Below, piece by piece: positions 9,420 to 19,258 of a stretch of DNA of 51,596 bases. Location: IMG/VR virus record IMGVR_UViG_3300035144_000007, positions 1 through 51,596 of that record; one strand, 5' to 3'. A model generated the notes under the pieces. It made no database searches. It saw only the letters and a program-made list of their open reading frames with translations, and had not been told where the DNA came from. The DNA comes from a virus (lineage: Duplodnaviria > Caudoviricetes). How positions within the stretch are numbered: position 1 is the first letter of the stretch; each line of letters starts with the position of its first letter. The position numbers and the translations under genes were made by a program.

Positions 9420-10280
9420 ATGACGACGATAAATGCCGAGTCGTTATTAAAGATGATCGCCTGGATGCCAGGCGGATTTGCTATTGGTGAATTATATCCC
9501 GCGATAGATTTTAGAGCCGCCTCTGGTAGAGTACTCACAAGTCAAACGAACTGGCGAACTATTTGGCCCGCGAATAGTCTATATACATTTTCTACAACTC
9601 CAGAGAATATGTATGTATCATCATCATCCGCTGCTGATATTGGCCGTATTATATTTGTTGCTGGACTTGATGGAGAGTTTGGGAGAATATCTGGCTTTGG
9701 TATCACAAATGGACAAAATCAATCCATTGTCACTAGTCTGCCAGGGGCCGGTATCCCGCTAGAATTTTTTAGAGTTAATTTGGCCCTCGATGTTACCCTA
9801 GCCTTGAATAAGGCTACTGCCACAGGCAATATGTATATTGCTGCGCTAACCACGCCAGTTGGAGGCGTTCCGCCCGTGGCAGATACGAGGGCAATAATTA
9901 GCCAGGGAGAAAGCCGCTCATCCGCGATTGTGTATACCACACCGGCGGGATATATGTTTTGTCCGCAGTTTATTCTTTCACAGGATGGCAGCCAACAGAT
10001 ACAGGTACGGATCACTTCCTCTCCCATGACATTTTCTGGTAGTACATTATTGTATGCGCCAACGAGCGTGATACCGGTAGCTGTTACCATACCAGGTGTC
10101 ACGCGGACAGAATTTACTCCCCCGGCTCCAATAATAGCACAGCAAACAGATATTACTCTGGACGTTTTGGGCACGAGTCCGGTTAGCGGGACCTGTCTAT
10201 GTATCATGTCTGGCACACTCATTGATTATAGATATATCAAGAATTTGCGACTAGGTGGGGAGTCGCCATTTTTACCATAG
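9420..10280 (+). CDS. Putative virion structural/decoration protein
   Basis: Beta-rich, Ser/Thr/Gly-rich; located in the head module. Confidence 0.55.
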   Translation: MTTINAESLLKMIAWMPGGFAIGELYPAIDFRAASGRVLTSQTNWRTIWPANSLYTFSTTPENMYVSSSSAADIGRIIFVAGLDGEFGRISGFGITNGQNQSIVTSLPGAGIPLEFFRVNLALDVTLALNKATATGNMYIAALTTPVGGVPPVADTRAIISQGESRSSAIVYTTPAGYMFCPQFILSQDGSQQIQVRITSSPMTFSGSTLLYAPTSVIPVAVTIPGVTRTEFTPPAPIIAQQTDITLDVLGTSPVSGTCLCIMSGTLIDYRYIKNLRLGGESPFLP

Positions 10281-10292
10281 GAGGATTACATA

Positions 10293-12230
10293 ATGGAACT
10301 GAACGAAGTTGTCAGGAAAGAGGGGAATGTCATTGTTCTGTATTCTAAAGATGAATCGAAGGTGCTCGGTCGCTTCCCGTTTGGAGAGGGCGGGGAATAC
10401 GCCAGTGAGGAGACAGCGAGAGAGGCCGCCGAGAAGCGCGAGCGACAGATTCAATTTTTCAAGACGGCGGAGGGGAAACAGATGCTCCAGGAGAAAAAGC
10501 ACACGGCAAAGTGGCATCGTTGTTGGGATGCTGTGAAGAAAAAGGGATTCGCTCCTCGTAATGCGGCAGCTATCTGCACCTGGAGCCTTCAGCGCACAGG
10601 GAATGTTTACGAATCGCTGGGACTAAAATCTATGGAGGTGGCCCTTACGCTGGGCGATGCTCACGAAATTGATGAGACATTGGCAGCGCAAATGGAACTG
10701 GATAATATTGCCGCCCTGATTATTGATACCGATACCTGGCAGATACGCGAAGTGCCGGAAGGCAGCGATGAGGCATTGGCATTTGTGGTTGAGCCGGAAC
10801 TATTGACGACCGAGCCAACTGGATTGCCGGGAGTCTTGGTATCCGCTCAGGAGAGTGATACTCGGCAATTGACAGAGACGTGGGACCGCACAGACACGCG
10901 GGCAGAGATTGACGACGCGGGGAATCTTCGCGGCATTGTCGTTGTCGAGGGACTGAGTGCCAATGGCAACCATTACACGCGAGAGGCCCTGGAGAGTGGC
11001 CCCACAGTTTTTGCAGGCCGTCCGATTTATGCCGACCATCCGACGTTGACAGAGGAGCGCGACCGGCCAGAGCGGTCCGTTAGAGACCTCGTTGGACGAC
11101 TGCCAGAAGCGGCGTCTGATTTCTACGTCGAGAAAATTACAGAAGGCAAATTTGCAGGACACCACGCGCTCTATTATCGCAATGCAAAATTGAGCGAGAC
11201 CGCAGACTGGTTGCGAACGCTCATTAAAGAGGGGATCGCAGGAGACCAGTCGATAAACGCTGAGGGCCGTGGGCGGCCCGATGAGAACAGATTTGTTGTT
11301 GAGGCGTTCACCGCTGCTAGATCGTTGGATTTCGTCACGCAGGCGGCAGCGGGAGGACGTGGATTTGTGGAAGCGGAACGAAGCAATCAAGATGATACCG
11401 CTATGGATTCTCTGACTTTTGAACAGCTATGCGAAAGCCGACCAGATATCGTAGACGCAATAGGGCAACGGGAACGGCGCAAGGCATATGGTGAGAAGAC
11501 AGAGCTAAAGAAATTACAACAGGAGGTAACGATGAGTACGGAACTCATCAGAACAATGGAGGCGCGGTTGCGGACGCTGAAAAAGGAACAGCGGAAGGCC
11601 GACGCCGAGAAAGTCTTGGAGGCTGGATTGAAGGGCCAGCCCACGGCCGTTCAGAGTTACGTGCGGCAGCTAGTAGAGGCCGACGTTAAGCGATTCGTAG
11701 AACAGGAGGAGGAAGTCGCTCCGATGGAGCGACCTGGTGAACTCGCGCCAGTGGCTACGGACCTGGAACGCGGCGATGCGCCCAAGCTGGAGCTTCCGCC
11801 TGACGTGGGAGCACTGCCAGAGGAAGCGCAGGCGTTGTGGTTGGAGGCGTATACCGCTAATCTCCCCGACGGCGAGGAGACCGCAACCATCAAGGCGTGG
11901 GCGGCGGTATTCGATGCTGGATGGAAGCAGGACGAGGCAGGCGTATGGGTGAAAGCCAAGGTCGCTACTATTGCGCCAGTTGAGCCGGTAGAGCCAGAGA
12001 TGGTCGAACCGATGATGACAGAGGCGCAATTGAGCGGGCGCATTAACTCACTGATTCGTCAACGACGCGCCGAACTCGCTACCCTGACCGCAGCCGGACA
12101 GGTTCGCGGGATGGGCGGACAGGCTTCTACTGAATCGCAACAAAAAATCACAGAGGCGCGGCAAAAGCAGGCCTTCCTCGACATGGGACTGACAGAGGAA
12201 CAGGCCGAAATTGCTATGCGCGGGAGGTAA
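10293..12230 (+). CDS. Prohead protease/scaffold with internal ChaB-like domain
   Basis: G.S.NG..Y, YADHP, R.VRD.VG, SIN.G, SLDFV...AAGG protease motifs; coiled coil; LPEEAQALW...AWAAV ChaB-like segment. Confidence 0.8.
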   Translation: MELNEVVRKEGNVIVLYSKDESKVLGRFPFGEGGEYASEETAREAAEKRERQIQFFKTAEGKQMLQEKKHTAKWHRCWDAVKKKGFAPRNAAAICTWSLQRTGNVYESLGLKSMEVALTLGDAHEIDETLAAQMELDNIAALIIDTDTWQIREVPEGSDEALAFVVEPELLTTEPTGLPGVLVSAQESDTRQLTETWDRTDTRAEIDDAGNLRGIVVVEGLSANGNHYTREALESGPTVFAGRPIYADHPTLTEERDRPERSVRDLVGRLPEAASDFYVEKITEGKFAGHHALYYRNAKLSETADWLRTLIKEGIAGDQSINAEGRGRPDENRFVVEAFTAARSLDFVTQAAAGGRGFVEAERSNQDDTAMDSLTFEQLCESRPDIVDAIGQRERRKAYGEKTELKKLQQEVTMSTELIRTMEARLRTLKKEQRKADAEKVLEAGLKGQPTAVQSYVRQLVEADVKRFVEQEEEVAPMERPGELAPVATDLERGDAPKLELPPDVGALPEEAQALWLEAYTANLPDGEETATIKAWAAVFDAGWKQDEAGVWVKAKVATIAPVEPVEPEMVEPMMTEAQLSGRINSLIRQRRAELATLTAAGQVRGMGGQASTESQQKITEARQKQAFLDMGLTEEQAEIAMRGR

Positions 12231-12236
12231 TAAAAA

Positions 12237-12632
12237 ATGGCTACAGATTACATCGACGCAGGTGGTAAAAATTCTGGTTGGATTGAGCAGGCGTTGCCAA
12301 TCGTGCGGAATTTGCCAGTTCCGGCAGGTGTAGAGGCGGGTGATCCAGTTCTCCTAGAGGAGATGGTCTGCTATGCTCAAAAGGACCGCGACGCAGATGG
12401 TTATGCGCCTGTAATGATCCCCGCTGATTTCGTTCAGGTTGTATCGGTGACTGGCAAGGATGCGCTTGATTCCGATGCTCCTATCGCAATTGGCAATAGG
12501 TTGTATTACGATGCCGCCCCTACTCCATCGGAAATCAATCTCGACGTAACCAATGGCGAGCCGTTTGGTTACGCACTGGAAACGGTAACGTCCGGTGCGA
12601 CGGCTAATATCGAAGTCGCATTTGGACTGTAG
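12237..12632 (+). CDS. Capsid cement/decoration protein (DUF2190-like)
   Basis: AGDPV, IGNRLYYD and FGYALE motifs; immediately before the major capsid gene. Confidence 0.7.
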   Translation: MATDYIDAGGKNSGWIEQALPIVRNLPVPAGVEAGDPVLLEEMVCYAQKDRDADGYAPVMIPADFVQVVSVTGKDALDSDAPIAIGNRLYYDAAPTPSEINLDVTNGEPFGYALETVTSGATANIEVAFGL

Positions 12633-12645
12633 GAGGTAGAATACA

Positions 12646-13860
12646 ATGTCTGAGTTTATGCAATTAGTAGAAAGTTACAATGCGGCGGACGCCAGTGCCC
12701 AGGCTTTGTTTGGGGGGCGCGATCTGCGTGGCTATGGCAATCTGACGCAGAAAAAGCGAACGCTGGAGAGCCATCCAAAAGTCGGGCCGGCGTTGCGCGA
12801 GTTTCGCACGATTTACGGCGATGCATGTGCGGGCGATCCGCAAGCGTATCGAATCCTAAAAGAGGCGATCACCACCAGCGACTTTCCGCTGCTTTTCGGT
12901 GACACGATTGACCGGTTGTTACTGGCAAAATATCGAACACATCCCGCAACCTGGCGCGACTACGTGAAGGTCAGCGACGTTTCCGACTTCCGTAAGGCGA
13001 AGCGGTTCAAGGCATCCATCGGTCGCGGGTATCTTCCAGAGGTCAAGGAACTCGAGAGCTACAAGAGCGACAAACCATCCGAGAGCTACTACGAGTTTGC
13101 TGTTCAGAAATTTGGTGGCGTGCGGAACATCTCTTGGGAGGCTCTCATCAATGACGACCTTGGCTCACTGCGCGATACCCCCGATGATCTTGCGGCCCAG
13201 GCAGCCAATACGGAGTGGTATTACGTTACGTCGCTTTTTGCCGCCAATACCGACCTCTACAAGACTGACCATGCCGTACCAGGTGGGACGGCTTCTAACA
13301 AACTCACTGTCGCACTGACCCCCGACAATCTCGCGCTTGCTATCGGGCAAATGGCCGATTTCCCCTCCGACGACGACGATGGTACTCCCATCATGAACGA
13401 CCCCATCTATATCGTCTGTGGCTCGAAGACCACCGAGTTTAAGGCGACTCAAATTCTCTCATCCACTACCGTTGCCTATACTGGAGGTTCTGGCGCGGCA
13501 GATAGAGACAACCTCCCAACCATGATGATCGTTCCTCAAGAGGTACGCAACCGCATGTTCGTGCGTTACAATCCGTGGATTAGGCTCTTTGATCCTACAA
13601 ACTATGACACGAGCTGGTATCTGTTTGCTGACAAAACCATGGGATGGGCTGTCGAGGCTGCTTTCCTCCGTGGATATGCTCAGCCGCAGATGTTCATGCG
13701 GGCCTCATCTCAAATGATGCTCGGCGGTTTGGCCGATCCGTTGGTTGGCGGATTCGATAATGACGCCGTTGACTACAAAGTCAGGCACGTCATTGGTGGT
13801 TCATCCACTGAGGCCGTTGGGGGCTGGCGATTCACTCTCTGGAGTGATGGCACGGCATAG
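12646..13860 (+). CDS. Major capsid protein (Mu gpT-like, HK97 fold)
   Basis: TTSDFPLLF, VSDFR, KFG...ISWEALINDDLG, FLRGY..P, YKVRH motifs. Confidence 0.9.
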   Translation: MSEFMQLVESYNAADASAQALFGGRDLRGYGNLTQKKRTLESHPKVGPALREFRTIYGDACAGDPQAYRILKEAITTSDFPLLFGDTIDRLLLAKYRTHPATWRDYVKVSDVSDFRKAKRFKASIGRGYLPEVKELESYKSDKPSESYYEFAVQKFGGVRNISWEALINDDLGSLRDTPDDLAAQAANTEWYYVTSLFAANTDLYKTDHAVPGGTASNKLTVALTPDNLALAIGQMADFPSDDDDGTPIMNDPIYIVCGSKTTEFKATQILSSTTVAYTGGSGAADRDNLPTMMIVPQEVRNRMFVRYNPWIRLFDPTNYDTSWYLFADKTMGWAVEAAFLRGYAQPQMFMRASSQMMLGGLADPLVGGFDNDAVDYKVRHVIGGSSTEAVGGWRFTLWSDGTA

Positions 13861-13869
13861 TTTCATCCC

Positions 13870-13897
13870 CGTGAGGCGGGAACTATCCCGCCTCACG
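13870..13897 (+). terminator. 12-bp hairpin after the capsid gene
   Basis: CGTGAGGCGGGA-ACTA-TCCCGCCTCACG; weak U tract. Confidence 0.6.
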
Positions 13898-13965
13898 ATG
13901 TTACTATTATGACTATCTTACAATTATCACCGAGGGATTTTTTACTGAGACTAAAAGGCGATGAT

Positions 13966-14251
13966 ATGATGACTACCAGGCCACGCGAGGTTATCGAGGG
14001 AGTACAGCGACAAGGGGAGGGTGAAAGGGTTATCTATACTCTCGATATATCTGAGTGGGGGTCTAATCCTACAAATGTCGTCATCAAAGTTTATGACCAG
14101 GATGGGACCGATGTTACCTCGACGGTTATACCAGGATCACCAACTATTAATCTCGCTCACCGCTGGCAATGAATATCGAGTAGAGACGACTTTTGAAACG
14201 GCGGAGGAACAAACGTTGACAGGCTGGTTCTCTGTAATAGCGGAGGCATAG
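13966..14251 (+). pseudogene. Small Ig-like virion protein split by a frameshift near 14148
   Basis: Frame A ...GSPTIN joins frame B ISLTAGNEYRVETTF...IAEA, which stops adjacent to the next gene. Confidence 0.55.
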
Positions 14252-14252
14252 A

Positions 14253-14684
14253 ATGGCATACTGTACGGTGGAAAATGTCCAAGCGGTTATGCAAACGACG
14301 TTTAGTCATAGCTCCGGGTTCCCTCTCTATGATGACGTGCAAGAATATGTGGATACCGTCTCCTCTAACCTGGATGGAGTTCTACAGGCCGCCGGATACA
14401 CTGTTCCAGTTACAGCAGCCGATGCCGTCGCCCTCCTGAAACGTTACAACACATTCGGTGCGGCTTGCCAGGCGTACCACGCAGGATACCGCACTGAGGA
14501 CATTTTACCGCCACACGCTGAATACTGGTGTCAGGAGTACCGCGACTTTCTCTCTCGAATTCGCAAGGGCGAGCAGCAATTACCAGGGCTAGAGCCAGAG
14601 GGGGATATAGACCCTGTGTTTATGATCGTCCAAACACCACCCCGCGACCGATATTTTACAGGACAGGATGAATCACTAGAGTGA
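14253..14684 (+). CDS. Head-tail adaptor (Mu gp36-like)
   Basis: MAYCTVENV...LD..L...GYTVPVT...L.RI.KG pattern. Confidence 0.75.
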   Translation: MAYCTVENVQAVMQTTFSHSSGFPLYDDVQEYVDTVSSNLDGVLQAAGYTVPVTAADAVALLKRYNTFGAACQAYHAGYRTEDILPPHAEYWCQEYRDFLSRIRKGEQQLPGLEPEGDIDPVFMIVQTPPRDRYFTGQDESLE

Positions 14685-14691
14685 GAAGAAA

Positions 14692-14901
14692 ATGAAAAAA
14701 GAGTATGTCTTAGTTGACAAGGAATGGCTGCTTGAAATTGCAAAACAGATTCAGCAAACACGGCGATATGGGACAGATAAGGATGAGCCAGAAGGCACAC
14801 GCTATATACAGGTTAGTGATACGCTGGCGACAAACTTTTCTAATGCCTTGATTGAGTTGGCAGAAAATGGCGAGAGCAGTTTCTTTAACGCGCTTCGGTA
14901 G
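14692..14901 (+). CDS. Hypothetical protein
   Basis: R.G...DEPEG.RYIQ.SDTLA recurrent phage motif. Confidence 0.6.
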   Translation: MKKEYVLVDKEWLLEIAKQIQQTRRYGTDKDEPEGTRYIQVSDTLATNFSNALIELAENGESSFFNALR

Positions 14902-15406
14902 ATCGCAGGGCCGTCTCACCGTCGTCAAGGTAGCTGGTGGGGAATTGGTCATCCGCTACGGCAGTATTGACAAAGACGATTTCGCTGCCTACCTGAAAGA
15001 TATCGGTCTGAGGATGCAGGACATAAAGCCGGTGCTAGACCGCTACGGTGATTACATCGTCAACGAACACATCCCGCGACAGTTTGCGGCACAAGGAACG
15101 CCGCGAAGGTGGCGTGGACTGAAAGAACCATACAAATCATGGAAAGCCAGGCATTATCCGGGAAGGCCTATTCTGGTACGAACAGGACGAATGAGACGAG
15201 GCTTTCGGTGGGAGGCTAGACCACGCAGCTTGAGAATTATAAATCGTGTAATGGCTGGACAGAGAGGACGTGGACGACCGCGATGGCATTATCACCAGGA
15301 GGGCACAAGTAAAATGGTCGCTAGACCGATGCTACAATTTACGGATGCAGACCGCGACAAATTGCATGAATTTGCAGAGGAACATCTAAGAGGCGCGAAT
15401 GACTGA
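14852..15406 (+). CDS. Virion morphogenesis / tail completion protein
   Basis: F...G.P..W, ILVRTGRMR, HQEGT..M.ARP.L motifs. Confidence 0.8.
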   Translation: MSWQKMARAVSLTRFGRSQGRLTVVKVAGGELVIRYGSIDKDDFAAYLKDIGLRMQDIKPVLDRYGDYIVNEHIPRQFAAQGTPRRWRGLKEPYKSWKARHYPGRPILVRTGRMRRGFRWEARPRSLRIINRVMAGQRGRGRPRWHYHQEGTSKMVARPMLQFTDADRDKLHEFAEEHLRGAND

Positions 15407-15929
15407 ACAAATAATGAGCCAGGCAATAGCTGATTATATCATAGAAGTGCTTGGTAGCACGACCGGTCCCTTAGATGAAGTCAAATTGTTTGTCCGAGGC
15501 GCATTTCCATCGGGGATGGTTAGGCAAGACCACTACCCAATGATCGAGGTATTTGTTGGGACAGAACTGGAGGGACCTGAAGGGACCGGTGGTCATTATG
15601 AACAAACTTACGTTGGTGTTATCGCCGTATCTATTACGCTGGCACATGGAGTATCCGGCGGTGACCAGATCGTAAAAATAGGCGAGCGCGTGGCTCACGT
15701 TCCGAGCTATGATCTGGCAAAGTCTCTGGTCCACGCGATTGAATTCGAGTTACAGAAACACATCCATCGCGATATGAGCAGCCTCGGCGTCGTTGATGAG
15801 GTCGTTATACGATTCACCGTCTCGGCTCCCCGCGAGTTAGGGATGGACCGAGAATTGAGGAGTAACAACTGGGACAATTTCGCACTTATTCCATTCGAGG
15901 TAGAAACAGAGCGCAGGAGGTACGAATGA
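15399..15929 (+). CDS. Putative tail terminator
   Basis: Position before the tail tube gene; YP.I.V motif. Confidence 0.55.
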   Translation: MTEQIMSQAIADYIIEVLGSTTGPLDEVKLFVRGAFPSGMVRQDHYPMIEVFVGTELEGPEGTGGHYEQTYVGVIAVSITLAHGVSGGDQIVKIGERVAHVPSYDLAKSLVHAIEFELQKHIHRDMSSLGVVDEVVIRFTVSAPRELGMDRELRSNNWDNFALIPFEVETERRRYE

Positions 15930-16117
15930 GTAAAACATTGGAAATTAGGGTTATCGCCACTACAGGGAGGCATATCGTTGGCTATGGTAGTAGAAGGCGC
16001 GGCGAGATCATTACATTGCCAGAGGAACTTGCCAACGATTTACTGAGAAATCAGCCTGACGCATTTGAGGCGGTCAAAAAGAGCCGGGCAGCAGAGGAGG
16101 TAGACAATGGCGACTAA
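15926..16117 (+). CDS. Small hypothetical protein
   Basis: Overlaps both neighbours; GE.I.LPEELA..LL pattern. Confidence 0.65.
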   Translation: MSKTLEIRVIATTGRHIVGYGSRRRGEIITLPEELANDLLRNQPDAFEAVKKSRAAEEVDNGD

Positions 16118-17144
16118 ACATTTCCTATACTCAGCAGAATCAGCATTCGGGACGTGGGTAACACCAGCGAAGGCGATAGAGGTTAACAGTGTCGATATAG
16201 GCAGCGAGCGCGAGGTTATCGACCTCCGTCAAACCGGGGCAATGAGGGGAATCAAGCAGCGCGTCCTTGGCGCGAAGGGGGTTGGGGGTTCTATTTCTAC
16301 GCCGTGGCACGTCGATGGAATCAGTACGATCCTCAAGCAATTTCTTCGTGACACTGCCACGACAACAAACGACGGCTATATCCACGGATTTCTAATAGAT
16401 GAGGAAAATCCGCTCTTGGGTCTCAGCATACAGAAAGTGTACCGGGAAGGAGCCACCGCGCTAAACATTCTTTCGGCCATCGTGAATACCTGGACGATTA
16501 CTGCGGCCAGTAAAGAGATCGTACAGCTAGAATTTGCGATGCTGGCAAAAGATGAGGCTCTTGTCGGTGACAACTGGGACTATGACGGTAGTGCTACGCC
16601 GACGTATGTCTCGAACCCTGGCACTCTATATCCAGCATTGAATCGTCCATTTATTTTCTCCGACGGTCAAATCTCACTCGGAGGAACTCCCTCTCTAAAC
16701 GCGACGACGAAAATCATTTCCTTATCCGGCGCGACTGCCTATGCTAAAGTCCTAACGGCAACTATCACGCTGGACAACGGTCTGGATGCCGAGGGATATG
16801 GAATTACACAGGACCCAACGCGCCAGGAAATTTGGCCAGGCAATCGAGAGATCACAGTCACGTTCGACATTTCGTGGACTGACTACTCGGAGACATTCTA
16901 CGATGCGGCAAGGGCAGGCACCCCGCTGGCATTCGAGTTTGCGATGGTAGGTCCGGAGCTGAACGGCACAACTGCAAAGGCAAACGTTGTTATTCCATCA
17001 TTATTTTTCGATATCAACAAACTACCGCCGATTTCTGGTGAGCAGGGGCGGCACATCATCACGGTTTCCGGCAAGGCACAAGAGGATACCGTGACCGGGA
17101 AGGACTTTAACGTCTGGATGGAAAACGACGAGGCAACTATCTAA
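16107..17144 (+). CDS. Tail tube (major tail) protein
   Basis: ESAFGT, ITLDNGL and G.REIT motifs of phage tube proteins. Confidence 0.8.
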   Translation: MATKHFLYSAESAFGTWVTPAKAIEVNSVDIGSEREVIDLRQTGAMRGIKQRVLGAKGVGGSISTPWHVDGISTILKQFLRDTATTTNDGYIHGFLIDEENPLLGLSIQKVYREGATALNILSAIVNTWTITAASKEIVQLEFAMLAKDEALVGDNWDYDGSATPTYVSNPGTLYPALNRPFIFSDGQISLGGTPSLNATTKIISLSGATAYAKVLTATITLDNGLDAEGYGITQDPTRQEIWPGNREITVTFDISWTDYSETFYDAARAGTPLAFEFAMVGPELNGTTAKANVVIPSLFFDINKLPPISGEQGRHIITVSGKAQEDTVTGKDFNVWMENDEATI

Positions 17145-17166
17145 AAACTGAGTAGAAAGGGGGAAA

Positions 17167-17535
17167 ATGAACAACAACACGACAACAGTAGAAATTGAGG
17201 GGACAGAGTACCAACTAAGACAACGACTATCTTGGTACGAACAAGAAAAAATAGACGAAAAGGAATTTCGTATGTTCGTCGGTGGCCGTGCTCTGAGCCA
17301 AACCGATAACCTCGCTGAGTTGGACGAGATAGAGATAAGGATGAACACGGCGGACCACAACCTCGCCAGATTACAGGCGCGGCTTGTCGGTCTCAGTGCC
17401 GGGAAAATCCGCGGCCTCCCACCACATCACGTACCTATACTCCTAGCAAAAATTGACGAACTGGAGCAGGAAGAAAACTCAGAGGTACGCGAACTCCGCG
17501 AAGGAAACCCTATCGGGACACAATCGAGCGGCTAA
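17167..17535 (+). CDS. Tail assembly chaperone (gpG-like)
   Basis: Between tube and tape measure genes; ends EGNP. Confidence 0.75.
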   Translation: MNNNTTTVEIEGTEYQLRQRLSWYEQEKIDEKEFRMFVGGRALSQTDNLAELDEIEIRMNTADHNLARLQARLVGLSAGKIRGLPPHHVPILLAKIDELEQEENSEVRELREGNPIGTQSSG

Positions 17536-17768
17536 TCTGGAATGCCATCGTTCACGATATTACACCGACGGCTTCACCACTGAAAACGAGGCAGGAATTA
17601 CAGTTAGAGAATAGAGCATCGCGGGCGATCGCAGAGTATAGGCTAGTGAAAGACGGGGTAGTCAGTTATCACGGATTAGGCTATGGGAATGCAAGAACAA
17701 AACTCCTTGAGTACCTGATGATTGACTCTGCTTTTAGCAATGCACTAGAGGAAAAAGCAAAGCGATAA
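17502..17768 (+). other. Programmed -1 frameshift site and gpGT-like extension
   Basis: A GGA AAC at 17502-17508; the -1 frame (KPYRDTIERLIW...KAKR) is open to TAA 17766-17768, overlapping the tape measure ATG. Confidence 0.7.
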
Positions 17769-19258
17769 TGGCGAGACCAGTTGAAGACGCTTATAAACTG
17801 ACATCCACTGCCGACACCAGTGGGATAGATCAGGGGACGCAGGCAGTACAGAAAAATGCTACAGCCATCACGCGAGCTGGGCAGGCAGCCACGCGCGCCT
17901 CTGGTGGTCTTGGTGGATTTATTCAGCGCCTTGGCTCAAGGCTTCCCAAAGCGTCTGATATCGCACGGAAGGCAATTAGTGGCCTCGCCATTAGTTTTGG
18001 CGCATTGCTGGCCGGTGGTATTTTCGCCGTCTTTAACGCCATTCGGGGACTTCCCGCATTTTTGACGGGGATGAGAGAGACACTAGAGGGGACCAGAGAG
18101 GCCGCTGGCGGTGCTGGCGGTGCTCTAACCGAAGCGTCGGAAGATGCCGTGGGAGCCTCTGAGAATTTCGCCAAAGCTGCGAATACGATAGACTCAGCAC
18201 AAAAGAAAATCCGTGGCGAATTCGGCGCGTTCGGTCGTGTTGGTGAGGGATTTATACAGCGAGCAGGCCGTGTGATTGAACAAGCCACTGATACAGCAGA
18301 GCGGGCCGGGCAAGCGGCGAAGGATGCAGTTAGTAGCCTAGATGATGCGGTCGCAGGACTAGGTGTGGCAGAGAGAGCAAGCACCAGATTCGGCAGAGCA
18401 CTGGACCGCCTTGGGTCTGCCTGGCAGAATATCCGCAAGATTTTCTTTGCTGCGCTAGAACGTGGACTTACACCGCTGTTAGAGGCCGCCGCCGAATTGA
18501 TGGAGGATGAGCGGTTCCAGGAATTTGTCGAGCTATTGGCTGAAGATTTGGCCGATGCCATTCTTTTAGTGGCCGATTTTCTAGTAGAGGAAGCGATACC
18601 GGCCCTACTTGATTTTATGGACCGCGTGAATAAGGCCGGTGGTCCAGTTGAATTTATAAGACGGAAAATAGAGGAGTTCAGACGAAAGGCCGAGAGTGCA
18701 TTTGATGGCATCATTCTCTTTGTTAGGCGATTCCAGGAGAAAATTAGAGAAACAGCGCGAGACCACGCTAGACGTATTAAGGATATAATCGGAGATATAA
18801 ACAACTTGCGTGACAAGGCGGTGGGGTGGTTCGCTGAGATTGCATTGGTAGCAGCGGAGAAAATGGCCGACCTTCGTGAATTTCTGCGTGATCCATGGCG
18901 CGGCTTGGCTGATTTTATCGCCGGTGTATGGAACAGTATACAGCGTGTTTTTGCTGACAATATCAACGTCGTTATTGATACGCTAAATGCTCTCATTCGT
19001 GCATATAATGCCATCGCCGGCACAATCGGTGTGCCGACAATCGGTGAGATTGGCCGCATAGGAGCACCCGCACCGGTGACACCGCCAACTCCGCCGCCCG
19101 GAGCATTGGCCGCGTTGCCTGCGGGGGCCGGGGCTGGCATGAATGTGAATATCAATGTCGGCATTGCTCCTGGAGGATTCGCCACACCAGAGGAGGCCGG
19201 AGAGAGAGTGGCGCAATCGTTCCTTAGAGAAATGCGAGCGCAGGGGGTGAGGCTGTGA
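17768..19258 (+). CDS. Tape measure protein (short, 496 aa)
   Basis: Ala/Gly-rich helical protein with periodic W/F; position in tail module. Confidence 0.85.
   Translation: MARPVEDAYKLTSTADTSGIDQGTQAVQKNATAITRAGQAATRASGGLGGFIQRLGSRLPKASDIARKAISGLAISFGALLAGGIFAVFNAIRGLPAFLTGMRETLEGTREAAGGAGGALTEASEDAVGASENFAKAANTIDSAQKKIRGEFGAFGRVGEGFIQRAGRVIEQATDTAERAGQAAKDAVSSLDDAVAGLGVAERASTRFGRALDRLGSAWQNIRKIFFAALERGLTPLLEAAAELMEDERFQEFVELLAEDLADAILLVADFLVEEAIPALLDFMDRVNKAGGPVEFIRRKIEEFRRKAESAFDGIILFVRRFQEKIRETARDHARRIKDIIGDINNLRDKAVGWFAEIALVAAEKMADLREFLRDPWRGLADFIAGVWNSIQRVFADNINVVIDTLNALIRAYNAIAGTIGVPTIGEIGRIGAPAPVTPPTPPPGALAALPAGAGAGMNVNINVGIAPGGFATPEEAGERVAQSFLREMRAQGVRL

Noticed and set aside
17923-19185. 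420-aa minus-strand ORF
   Set aside because: Antisense shadow of the Ala-rich tape measure gene; no SD or recognisable motifs
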